Both the position numbers and the translations under genes were made by a program. A model generated the notes under the pieces. The model saw only the letters and a program-made list of their open reading frames with translations. It was not told the DNA's origin and ran no database searches. Shown here piece by piece: positions 27,929 to 36,756 of a stretch of 64,000 bases of DNA. Source of the stretch: an uncultured beta proteobacterium (lineage in GTDB: Bacteria > Pseudomonadota > Gammaproteobacteria > Burkholderiales > SG8-39); assembly GCA_963811085.1 (NCBI GenBank), contig CAWEPV010000003.1, positions 482,482 to 546,481 of the forward strand, in the 5' to 3' direction. Numbering within the stretch: position 1 is the stretch's first letter; each line of letters starts with the position of its first letter.

Positions 27929-30330
27929 AGCGGCGTGGCGAGCGGTCGCATTGCGTTGAGCACCACGATGAACGAGCTGGCGGACATGCCGAGCGCCGCT
28001 TCCCAGGGCCCGATCAGCCCCAGCGCGGCGAGCGGCAACGCCACCGCATTGTAGGCCAGCGCCCAGCCGAAGTTCTGCCGCACCACGCGCATCGCCGCGC
28101 GCGCCACGCCGAAGGCCTCGGCCACCGCGCCCAGGCGCGCGCCGAGCAGCACCAGGTCGGCCTGCAGCTTGGCGGCGTCGGCTCCGCCGCCCATCGCGAT
28201 CGAAACATCGGCGCGCGCCAGCACCGGCGCGTCGTTCAGACCGTCGCCGATCATCGCCACCACCCGGCCCTGGCGCTGCAGCCGCTCGGCGAAGGCGAAC
28301 TTGTCCTGCGGCGTGGCGCCGCCGGTGAAGGACTCGATTCCGAGACGGCGCGCGAGCGCCTCGACCAGCGCCGGATCGTCGCCGCTCACCAGGTGCAGCA
28401 CGAGGCCTCGCGCGGCAAGCGCCGCGACCAGCCCGGCGGCGTCCTCGCGCGGCTCGTCCTCGAGCAGGAACGCGGCCAGCCAGCCGCGCTCGTCGGCGAG
28501 CAAGACGCGCGTTTGCCCCGGCGAAGATTCGAACGCCGGCGGCTCGCTGCCGGCGAGCTCGGCGCAGAAGGCCGCCGAGCCGATGCGCAGGCGCCGGCTG
28601 CCGATGGTCGCCTCGACGCCGTGGCCGGGGAAATTCCTTAGCTGCGAGACGATCTCGGTCGCCCCTTCACCGAACGCGCGGGCGAGCGGGTGGCGGCTCG
28701 AGGCCTCGAGCGAGCGCGCGAGCTTGATGCATTGCGCCTGCTCCTGCGCGCCGAGCAGCGCGACTCGAGCGAGGGCGAAGCGCCCGTGCGTCAGGGTGCC
28801 GGTCTTGTCCAGCACCACGTCGGTGGCGCGCTCGAGTGCTTCGAGCGCGCGCGGGCGGGTCAGCGCGACGCCGCGCGCGAGCAGCAGGCTGCTCGCGCGG
28901 GTGAGCACGATCGGCGCCGCAAGCGCGAGCGCGCAGGGGCAGGTCGCCACCAGCACCGCGACCGCGACCCAGGGCGCGCGCCCGGGCGCGACGCCGAGCC
29001 ACCACAGGAAGGCGCCGGCCGCGACCGCGAGCACGACGAAGGTCAGGCGCCGCGCGAGCCGGTCGGCGCGCTCCACCAGCTTCGGCTTGCCGGCCGCGGC
29101 GCGCTCGACCAGGCGCGCGATCGCGGCGGCCTGGGTCTCGGCGCCGGCACGCGTGACGCGCATCACCAGCGGCTGCTCGAGGTTGGCCGAGCCGCCCACC
29201 AGCCGCGCGCCGGGACCCTTGGCCAGCGGGCGCGACTCGCCGCTGAGCAGCGATTCGTCGGCGCTCGAGTCGCCGCGCTCGACCACACCGTCGGCGGGGA
29301 CGCGCTCGCCGGCGGGCACCAGCACCCGGTCGCCCGCGGCGAGCCGGTGCGCGGGAACGCGCTCGACGCTCGCGGCGTCGGCCGGGTCGCGCAGGCGCAG
29401 CGCGAACGACGGCATCCAGCGCGAGAGATGATCCAGCTCGCGCGCGGCGCGCCGCCGCGCGGAGGCCTCGACGAAGCGCGCGCCGAGCAGCAGGAAGACG
29501 AGCATGGTGATCGAATCGAAGTACACCTCGCCCCGCCCCGCGAAAGTCGCCCAGGCGCTGGCGGCGAAGCCGGCGGCGAGGCCGAGCGCGATCGGCGTGT
29601 CGAGACCGATGCGCCGACGCCTGAGCTCGCCCCAGGCGGCGGCAAAGAACGGCCGGCACGAGAACAGCATCACCGGCGTGGTGAGCACGAGGCTCGCCCA
29701 GCGCATGAGCTGCTCGCTCGCCGCGCTGAGCGTTCCCGCGCCCGCGTCGAGGTAGGCCGGGAAGGCGTACATCATCACCTGCATCGCGCCGAACCCGGCC
29801 ACGAACAGTCCCCACAGCGCGCGTCGGCGCTCGCGCCGCTCGAGCTCGTCCTGGCGCCGCGGCTCGTAGGGGTAGGCGTCGTAGCCGATGGCGCGGATCG
29901 CCTGCAGGATCTCGGACAGCTTGACCCGCCGCGCGTCCCAAGCCACGTGCGCGCGGTGGGTGGCGTAGTTGATCTCGACCCGCAGCACGCCCGGAACTTG
30001 CCTCAGCCACTGTTCCGACAGCCACAGGCAGGCGGCGCAGCGGATGCGATCGAGGATCAGCGCCGCTTCGCGCAGGTTCTCGCCGCTCGCGGCGACGAAC
30101 TCCTTCTGCGCCAGCGGGTCGTCATAGGCCTCGAGCGGCGGCAGGTCCTGCGGCTGCGGCCCCGCCTCCGAGCGCGTCTCGTAGTAGCGCTCGAAGCCGG
30201 CCGCGACGATCGTGCGCGCGACCGCCTGGCAGCCGGCGCAGCACATCTCGCGCTCGGCGCCGAGCACCATTGCCCGGTAGCGCCCGGGCTCGGCGACCGC
30301 CTGCCCGCAGTGGTAGCAGGCCGGGGTCAG
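27877..30330 (-). CDS. ccoI: Copper-translocating P1B-type ATPase CcoI/FixI (start uncertain, possibly CTG 30330)
   Basis: CPC (ATCPCALA), DKTGTLT and GDGLNDAP motifs. The N-terminal CYHCG...MCCAGC metal-binding domain begins before the first ATG. Confidence 0.9.
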   Translation of the reverse strand: MTPACYHCGQAVAEPGRYRAMVLGAEREMCCAGCQAVARTIVAAGFERYYETRSEAGPQPQDLPPLEAYDDPLAQKEFVAASGENLREAALILDRIRCAACLWLSEQWLRQVPGVLRVEINYATHRAHVAWDARRVKLSEILQAIRAIGYDAYPYEPRRQDELERRERRRALWGLFVAGFGAMQVMMYAFPAYLDAGAGTLSAASEQLMRWASLVLTTPVMLFSCRPFFAAAWGELRRRRIGLDTPIALGLAAGFAASAWATFAGRGEVYFDSITMLVFLLLGARFVEASARRRAARELDHLSRWMPSFALRLRDPADAASVERVPAHRLAAGDRVLVPAGERVPADGVVERGDSSADESLLSGESRPLAKGPGARLVGGSANLEQPLVMRVTRAGAETQAAAIARLVERAAAGKPKLVERADRLARRLTFVVLAVAAGAFLWWLGVAPGRAPWVAVAVLVATCPCALALAAPIVLTRASSLLLARGVALTRPRALEALERATDVVLDKTGTLTHGRFALARVALLGAQEQAQCIKLARSLEASSRHPLARAFGEGATEIVSQLRNFPGHGVEATIGSRRLRIGSAAFCAELAGSEPPAFESSPGQTRVLLADERGWLAAFLLEDEPREDAAGLVAALAARGLVLHLVSGDDPALVEALARRLGIESFTGGATPQDKFAFAERLQRQGRVVAMIGDGLNDAPVLARADVSIAMGGGADAAKLQADLVLLGARLGAVAEAFGVARAAMRVVRQNFGWALAYNAVALPLAALGLIGPWEAALGMSASSFIVVLNAMRPLATPLWKASTSSSRSRSYSYS

Positions 30331-30752
30331 CTGATCGTGACGCGCTTGGCCTGCGCGCTCGCCTTCTTCGGCAGGACCAGGTTGAGCATCCCGTCCTTGT
30401 ACTCGGCCTTGACGCCCTGCGAATCGATCTCGGCCGGCAGCTGCATGCTGCGCGAGACCATGCCGTAGTAGCGCTCGCTGTGCAGGACCTTCTCGCCCTT
30501 CTTCTCTTCCTTCTCCTGCTTCACTTCGGCGCGGATCGAGACCTGGTTGCCGTTGACGTCGACCTGGATGTCTTCTTTCTTCACGCCGGGAATCTCGGCG
30601 TGCAGCGTGTAGGCCTTGTCGTCCTCCTTGACGTCGACCTTCATCTTCAGCTCGCCGTCGCCCGGCATCGCCACCGGCTTGAGCCAGAAGCCGCGCGTCA
30701 GGTCGCCGAACACGTCGTCGAACAGCCCGCCATACCGTTGGATGTTTGCCAT
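30327..30752 (-). CDS. Hsp20/alpha-crystallin small heat-shock protein
   Basis: Alpha-crystallin domain (DVKEDDKAYTLHAEIPGVKKEDIQVDV...GMLNLVLPK). Start at MANIQRYG, preceded by CAGGAGG. Confidence 0.9.
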   Translation of the reverse strand: MANIQRYGGLFDDVFGDLTRGFWLKPVAMPGDGELKMKVDVKEDDKAYTLHAEIPGVKKEDIQVDVNGNQVSIRAEVKQEKEEKKGEKVLHSERYYGMVSRSMQLPAEIDSQGVKAEYKDGMLNLVLPKKASAQAKRVTIS

Positions 30753-30811
30753 GATCGCCTCCTGAAAAATCCGGCAACGCAAAAATACTAGCCTTTCGGC
30801 GCGGAACGGTA

Positions 30812-30825
30812 TTGACGCAAATCAA
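30812..30825. promoter_or_regulatory. FNR box TTGACGCAAATCAA upstream of hsp20-ccoI-ccoS
   Basis: 21 nt from TAGTAT (-10, minus strand, plus coordinates 30785-30790). Divergent from the Fe-S/CCG gene. Confidence 0.7.
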
Positions 30826-30932
30826 CCCCACTCGCGGGCCGATAGCGGCGCCCAATCCGCGGAATTGCCAAAATCGATTTGATTCATCGCTCCGCGCTCG
30901 CTAACCTGACTGCGTCCACGAGGAACGAGACC

Positions 30933-32273
30933 ATGGCCGAACGCGAAGGCAACCTGGAAGCGCCCACCCGCCACCCGCTCGACTGGAAGAGCGAGTCCTT
31001 CTGGGACCCGGCGGCGCTCGACAAGGAGCTCGAGCGGGTCTACGAGATCTGCCACGGCTGCCGCCGCTGCGTGAGCCTGTGCACCGCGTTCCCGACCCTG
31101 TTCGACCTGATCGACGAAGGCAAGACGATGGAGGTCGACGGCGTCGCCAAGCAGGACTACTGGAAGGTGATCGACCAGTGCTACCTGTGCGACATGTGCT
31201 ACATGACCAAGTGCCCGTACGTCCCGCCGCACCCCTGGAACGTCGACTTCCCGCACCTGATGCTGCGCGCCAAGGCGCTCAAGTTCAGGAAGCAGGGGGC
31301 GAGCCTGCGCGACCGGCTGCTGTCCTCCACCGACGCGATCGGCAAGCTCGCCACCATCCCGGTGGTGGTGCAGACAGTCAACGCGCTGAACCACAACGGC
31401 GCCGCGCGCGGCCTGATGGAGAAGGCGCTCGGGGTGGCGAAGGCGCGCGAGCTGCCGCCCTACGCCGCGCGCAAATTCCGCCCCAACGCGGCGCGCTCGA
31501 AGGAGTTTCCGGTCAGGGACGGCAAGAACGCGCCGGGCAAGGTCGCGATCTACGCCACCTGCTACGTGAACTACAACGAGCCCGGGATCGGCGACGACCT
31601 GCTCGCGATCCTCGAGCACAACGAGATCCCCTACGTGCTGGTCGAGAAGGAATCCTGCTGCGGCATGCCCAAGCTCGAGCTGGGCGACCTCGAGACGGTG
31701 GCGAAGCACAAGCAGGCCAACATCCCGCCGCTGGCGAAGCTCGCGCGCGAAGGCTACGCGATCCTCGCCGCGGTGCCGTCCTGCGCGCTGATGTTCAAGC
31801 AGGAGCTGCCGCTGATGTTCCCCGGCGAGCCCGACGTCAAGGCGGTGCAGGAGGCGATGTTCGACCCGTTCGAGTACCTGGTGATGCGCAAGCGCGACGG
31901 CCTGCTCAAGACCGACTTCAGCGCGAAGCTGGGCAAGGTTTCGTATCACGTCCCCTGCCACGCGCGGGTGCAGAACATGGGCCAGAAGACGCGCGAGGTG
32001 CTCGAGCTGGTGCCGGGAACGGAGGTCAACACGGTCGAGCGCTGCGCCGGCCACGACGGCACCTGGGGCGTCAAGACCGAGTACTACGCCAACTCGATGA
32101 AGATCGGCCGTCCGGTGTTCCGCCAGATGGCGGACGGCGGGCCGGACTACGTGAGCTCGGACTGCCCGATCGCCGCGCGCCACATCCTGCAGGGCATGAA
32201 GGAGAGCGACGCCGCGGGCAAGGCCGAGCGGGCGCACCCCCTCACACTGATCCGCAAAGCCTACGGCCTATAA
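30933..32273 (+). CDS. (Fe-S)-binding protein with CCG domains (GlpC / heterodisulfide-reductase-like)
   Basis: Two 4Fe-4S-type motifs (CHGCRRCVSLC, CYLCDMCYMTKCP) and two CCG-type repeats (CCGMP, CPIA). Start at MAEREGN. Confidence 0.85.
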   Translation: MAEREGNLEAPTRHPLDWKSESFWDPAALDKELERVYEICHGCRRCVSLCTAFPTLFDLIDEGKTMEVDGVAKQDYWKVIDQCYLCDMCYMTKCPYVPPHPWNVDFPHLMLRAKALKFRKQGASLRDRLLSSTDAIGKLATIPVVVQTVNALNHNGAARGLMEKALGVAKARELPPYAARKFRPNAARSKEFPVRDGKNAPGKVAIYATCYVNYNEPGIGDDLLAILEHNEIPYVLVEKESCCGMPKLELGDLETVAKHKQANIPPLAKLAREGYAILAAVPSCALMFKQELPLMFPGEPDVKAVQEAMFDPFEYLVMRKRDGLLKTDFSAKLGKVSYHVPCHARVQNMGQKTREVLELVPGTEVNTVERCAGHDGTWGVKTEYYANSMKIGRPVFRQMADGGPDYVSSDCPIAARHILQGMKESDAAGKAERAHPLTLIRKAYGL

Positions 32274-32352
32274 GTTCGCCGCGCTGCTCCTGGTCCTGCT
32301 CGCCGGCTGCGCGACGCAGCCGCCGCCGGCGGGAGGAATCGCGTTCGGGCTC

Positions 32353-33105
32353 ATGGGCGACGCGCCCTACTCGCTGGCCGAGGCGCGCGCGCTCGACGGC
32401 CTGATCGCGCGCCTGAACGCCGAGCCGCTCGCCTTTGTCGCCCACGTGGGCGACATCGTCTCGGGCGCGGGCCCCTGCAGCGACGCCTGGCTCGAGGCGA
32501 GAAAGCGCCAGTTCGCGCGCATCCGCCATCCCTTCGTCCTGCTGCCTGGCGACAACGAGTGGACCGACTGCCATCGCACCGGCTTCGATCCGCTCGAGCG
32601 GCTGGCGAAGTGGCGCAGCCTGTTCTGCACGCCGGTGCCCGGCCTCGCCCTCGAGCGCCAGCCGGGCGAAACCTGCGAGAACGTGCGTTGGCAGGTCGGC
32701 GAGCTGACGTTCATCGGACTCAACGTCCCGGGCAGCCACAACGACCGGCGCGATCCCGCCGAGCACGCGCGGCGCATGGCGGCGGTGTTCGACTGGCTCG
32801 ACCGCAGCCTGTCGCTCGCGGAGCAGCGCGGCGCAAAGAAGATCTTCATCCTGATGCAGGCCGACCCGCAGTTCGAGCGCGGGCGCGAGGGCGACGGCTA
32901 CGCGCGCCTGCGCGCGGTGCTCGCCACCGACGCGCAGTGGTTCGCCGGGCGGCTGGTGCTGGTGCACGGCGACAGTCACACCTACCTCGACGACCGCCCG
33001 CTGCCGGGGCTGCGCCGGATCGAGGTCTTCGGCTCGCCGTGGGTCGAGTGGCTGCGCGCGCGCTGGGCCGGCGGCCGGCTGGAGCTCGAGCGCGGCGCGG
33101 ACTAG
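32353..33105 (+). CDS. Calcineurin-like metallophosphoesterase (probable lipoprotein, 5' end unresolved)
   Basis: GDAPY, HVGDIV, PGDNEW and VHGDSH motifs. The upstream in-frame sequence encodes a lipobox signal but has no start codon. Confidence 0.75.
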   Translation: MGDAPYSLAEARALDGLIARLNAEPLAFVAHVGDIVSGAGPCSDAWLEARKRQFARIRHPFVLLPGDNEWTDCHRTGFDPLERLAKWRSLFCTPVPGLALERQPGETCENVRWQVGELTFIGLNVPGSHNDRRDPAEHARRMAAVFDWLDRSLSLAEQRGAKKIFILMQADPQFERGREGDGYARLRAVLATDAQWFAGRLVLVHGDSHTYLDDRPLPGLRRIEVFGSPWVEWLRARWAGGRLELERGAD

Positions 33106-34010
33106 CCGCCGCGCCCGGGTTCCGTTTCCGAACGGTCGAGCCGCACCTGCAGCGTACCGGAGCGCACGTGCAGGTCGCGCTGCGGGAAGGGAATCTCGAT
33201 GCCCTCGGCGCGCAGCTCGTCCTCGATCGCCCACAAGTACCGCGCCAGAGTGAAGCCGGGGCGCGCGACGCTCTCCGGACCGACCCAGGTCACCAGCTCG
33301 AACATCAGGCTGCTGTCGCCGAAGCCGACCAGCCAGACGTCGGGCTCGCGCCCGCTGGGCGCGACGGCATCGTCGACCTTCCTGGCGGCACGCAGCCCCG
33401 CGGCCTTCACGCGCTCCTTGTCGCTGCCGTAGGCCACGCCGAAGGGAATGTGCACGCGGCGCTCGCGATTCTCGAGCGTCCAGTTGGTCACGCGGCCGTT
33501 GATGAACTCGGAGTTCGGCACGATGATGTCGACGTCGTCGGGGGTGGTCACTCGCGTATAGCGCAGACCGATCTCGCGCACGTTGCCCTGCACCCCGGAC
33601 TGCAGGTCGACGAAGTCGCCGACCTTCAAGGTGCGCTCGAGCAGGATGATGATGCCGGAGATGAAATTGCTGAAGATGTTCTGCAGGCCGAAGCCGATGC
33701 CGACCCCGACCGCGCCGCCCAGCAGCGCGAAGTTGGTGAGGTCCAGGCCGATGTAATTCATGCCGACCAGCGTGCCGATGATCCACACCGAGTAGCGCAC
33801 CACGCGCGACCAGGTGTAGATCGCCGGCGTGCTCTGCGCATGGACGTCGCCGCGCAACGCAATGCGGCGCACCCCGGACTCGACCAGCGAGGCCAGCCAC
33901 CAGACGGCGGCGACGATCACCACCAGGCCGATCAGCCGGCCCGCATTGACCGGCGTGCCGCCGAGGCTGAACCACGGGGCCTCGAGCCAGGTTCGAAGTT
34001 GTTCCGGCAT
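33102..34010 (-). CDS. MscS-family mechanosensitive channel
   Basis: Three N-terminal TMs and the conserved block FKVGDFVDLQSGVQGNVREIGLRYTRVTT. Confidence 0.9.
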   Translation of the reverse strand: MPEQLRTWLEAPWFSLGGTPVNAGRLIGLVVIVAAVWWLASLVESGVRRIALRGDVHAQSTPAIYTWSRVVRYSVWIIGTLVGMNYIGLDLTNFALLGGAVGVGIGFGLQNIFSNFISGIIILLERTLKVGDFVDLQSGVQGNVREIGLRYTRVTTPDDVDIIVPNSEFINGRVTNWTLENRERRVHIPFGVAYGSDKERVKAAGLRAARKVDDAVAPSGREPDVWLVGFGDSSLMFELVTWVGPESVARPGFTLARYLWAIEDELRAEGIEIPFPQRDLHVRSGTLQVRLDRSETEPGRGG

Positions 34011-34056
34011 GATCCTTGGCAGGTTAGCACGCGCCCGGGGACGCGACGTGCGGCCG

Positions 34057-35704
34057 CTAGCGCCCGAGGGTGTGGCGGCGCTCGATCGTGTCCGCGCTGC
34101 CAGCGCGCCGCGGCGGAGCCTCGCGCGCCTGCAGCGCCACGGCCAGGATCCCGGCCCGCGTCTCGGGGTCCTCGAGCGCGGCGGCGAGCGCCTGCGGCTC
34201 GGCCCAGGCCGTGCGGCCGGCCTCGATGCGCAGGTAGACGCGGCCGCTTTCGCGCGCGGCGAAATTGAGCGCCGGCAGGCGGCGCGCGCAGGCCGCCAGA
34301 AAGCCCGTGCTCGCCTCGGCGGCCATGGCGGCCGAATCGCGGTAGACCTCCTGCGGGCTCGCGGCGTCGACGTTGATGCGCGCGTAGCGCGCGATGTCGA
34401 GCATGCACTTCACGTCCAGCACGTTGAGCTCGCCGTCGGCGCCCGAAGGCCGCGCTCTTCGGGCGCTCGCCCGCGGGCACGCTGTTGTCGAGGAACTCGT
34501 AGTGCACGCGCTTGCCGCGCGCGAGCGCCCAGGTGAAGAACAGCTCCGGCATCCCGGCGAAGGCCTCGACGTTGTGCGCCAGCAGGTCGTCGACCGCCTT
34601 GTAGCGCCCGACCTCGAGGCCGCGCTTCCACGAGCGTTCGACGGTGGCGTCGGGCGGAGTGATCATGAAGAACAGGTACACGATGCGGCCGAAGCGCGTC
34701 AGCAGGTTGCTGCCGGCCTCGTCCGACTCGGGCGCGAAGCTGTCGAAGCGGAAGCGGTCGATCAGCAGGTGCGGAATGCCGCCGCGCTCGGCCTTGGCCG
34801 CCATGTAGCGGTCGAGCTTCTGGTCGATCATGCGCAGCTCCTGCCCGGTGAAGCTGCCGGCGTACTTGACCGCCTCGCCGAGCGAGCCGTAGTCGAGCAG
34901 CTGCTTTCTCCAGATGTCCGGGCTGATGAGCGCGAAGTCGCCCCAGGCGACGCCGATCTCGTCCGCGAGCTTCTTCTGCAGCGGGCGCATGGTGCTCTTG
35001 CCAGAGGCCGAGGCGCCCTTGATGTTCATCACCACCGGCTCGCGCTGCGCCGGAAGCAGCGCGTAGCCCTCGGCCCGCACCGCCTCGGCGATCGCCGGCT
35101 CGACCAGGCGCCCGATGGCGACGCTGCCGTGGTCGTTACAAGCCAGGCGCACGGCGACCGAGGTGAGCAGCGCCGGCTCGCCCCACAGCCGGCCGTGGCG
35201 TGCGCACACCGCCCCGGCCACCCGCGCCACGGCGCGCAGCGCGGCGCACGCCGTCGCGTCGCGCTCCCGGGCCGCGCGTCCTTCCCAGTCGGCCACAGCG
35301 CGCGCCGCAAAGGCGGCATCGAACTCGGCGCGGGCGAGCGCCGCGATTTCGCGCTCGAGCCGATGATAGGTCAGCTCGATGTCCTTCATGCGCGGCTCGA
35401 TATGGCGCTCCAGGATGACCGAAGTCATGGCGCGGAAGTTGATTCCCAGGTCCTCGACCCGCGGGCCGTCGGGCACCGACAGGTCGGCCGTCACGCGCAC
35501 CAGCAGCTCGTGCAGCGCCAGCCGCCGCGGCCGGAACGCGACCAGCTCTTCGGGCGGCAGGCCGGTCAGGTCCGCCAGCTCGAGCGCGTCCTCGAGCGAG
35601 CCGAACACGTTCTCGGGCCGGTACAGGGTCGCAAGCGGCAGCAGGCGCCGCGGCACGCTCGACTCGATGCCCGGGTGCCAGGGGCCGAAAGTCTCCTGCG
35701 TCAT
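34057..35704 (-). CDS. Zeta-toxin-like P-loop kinase domain protein with a ~270-aa unknown N-terminal region, 1-nt frame break near 34440
   Basis: Walker A NIKGASASGKST followed by LLIDRFRFDSF. Length is 3n+1. The C-terminus continues in the frame of ORF 34057-34422 (GADGELNVLDVKCMLDI...). Confidence 0.6.
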
Positions 35705-36366
35705 CGGCGCCGCAGCTGTCGCACCAGGTCCGCGAGCGGCACGCACATCAGCGCGAGCGCGAACGCAAAAAGCGGCCAGTCGAAGCGCGTCGGCAAGAGG
35801 CTGCCGAGCGCCTGCGCGCTCCAGCGCGGCGCGCGCAGCGCGTCGGCCATGAACGCATACAGCGCGAGCACGACGCCGGCCATTCCCGCCGCGAGCGGCC
35901 AGCCGCGCGGCCACGGCGCGCGGCCGCCGCGGGTGAACTGGCTCACCAGCGTGCCGCCGGCGATCATCAGAGCCGCGATCGACACCGGCGCCAGCACCGG
36001 CCCCCACCACGGCAGCGGGATCAGGAACAGCACGTCCCAGTCGAGCGGCGAGCGCGGCCAGCCGGTCATCGGCACCAGGAACACATAATAGAAGATGTCC
36101 CACACGCCGAACGCGAGCAGGAAGTAGCCCAGGCGCGAGTGCCGCTCGCGTCCCGCGAGCCAGGCTACCGCGCCGAGCATCACGAGCGTCGCCGCCTCGC
36201 GCGCGAGCTCGATGCGCATCAGCCAGACAGGCACCGGCAGCGGCACGGGGCGGAAGGGATCGATGCGCCCGATCAGGGTGCGCAGGTAGGCCACCACCGC
36301 CGCCTCGAGCAGCGCCATCGCGATCGCGTAGACCACGACGGCGCTCCAGCGGCGGGGATCGGTCAT
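35701..36366 (-). CDS. Polytopic membrane protein, unknown family
   Basis: 221-aa hydrophobic ORF. Its stop overlaps the start of the P-loop gene (ATGA). Confidence 0.6.
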   Translation of the reverse strand: MTDPRRWSAVVVYAIAMALLEAAVVAYLRTLIGRIDPFRPVPLPVPVWLMRIELAREAATLVMLGAVAWLAGRERHSRLGYFLLAFGVWDIFYYVFLVPMTGWPRSPLDWDVLFLIPLPWWGPVLAPVSIAALMIAGGTLVSQFTRGGRAPWPRGWPLAAGMAGVVLALYAFMADALRAPRWSAQALGSLLPTRFDWPLFAFALALMCVPLADLVRQLRRR

Positions 36367-36372
36367 GAGCCG

Positions 36373-36756
36373 CTAGTTGAGATCCAGCGCGTGCTGCTTG
36401 AGCGCGGCGAGCGGCACGAACTCGAGCGCCTTCTCGTGCGTCGCCTGCAGCACCACCTGGGGCGCGCAACCCGCCTTCCAGGCCTCGACGAAGCGCAGCA
36501 CGTGCAGGCACCAGCGGTCGCCGGGCTTGAGCCCCTTGAAGCGCATCTCCGGAATCGGCGTCACCAGGTCGTTGCCGCGCTCGACGCTGAAGGCGAGGAA
36601 CTCGGCCGTCGCGCGCACGCACACCAAGTGCGCCACGTCGCCGCCGCCGTAGGTGGCGCAGGAGCCGTCGCGGAAGTAGCCGGTCAGCGGCGCGAAGCTG
36701 CACGCGAGCAGCTCGCCGCCGAGCACGTTCTTTTCCTTCGCACCGGCCTCGCTCAT
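36373..36756 (-). CDS. DUF2237-family protein
   Basis: FRDGSC...HLVCVRATAEFLAFSVERGNDLVTPIPEMRFKGLKPGDRWCLHVLRFVEA matches the pattern I recall for this family. ATGA overlap with the thrC stop. Confidence 0.7.
   Translation of the reverse strand: MSEAGAKEKNVLGGELLACSFAPLTGYFRDGSCATYGGGDVAHLVCVRATAEFLAFSVERGNDLVTPIPEMRFKGLKPGDRWCLHVLRFVEAWKAGCAPQVVLQATHEKALEFVPLAALKQHALDLN

Noticed and set aside
30855-30885. A second FNR-like site (aaatcgatttgattcat) nearer the Fe-S/CCG gene.
   Set aside because: Neither half-site matches TTGAT/ATCAA in the correct register.
33932-36703. A 923-aa minus-strand ORF in the track that would be a single giant protein.
   Set aside because: Only its central part (the P-loop protein, 34450-35704) is in a meaningful frame. 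The remainder is alternate-frame read-through of the membrane protein, the DUF2237 gene and the region next to mscS. The composites at 8365-9990, 13715-14950, 21504-22577, 27877-30855, 36753-39008 and 38153-40117 were trimmed to conserved starts for the same reason.
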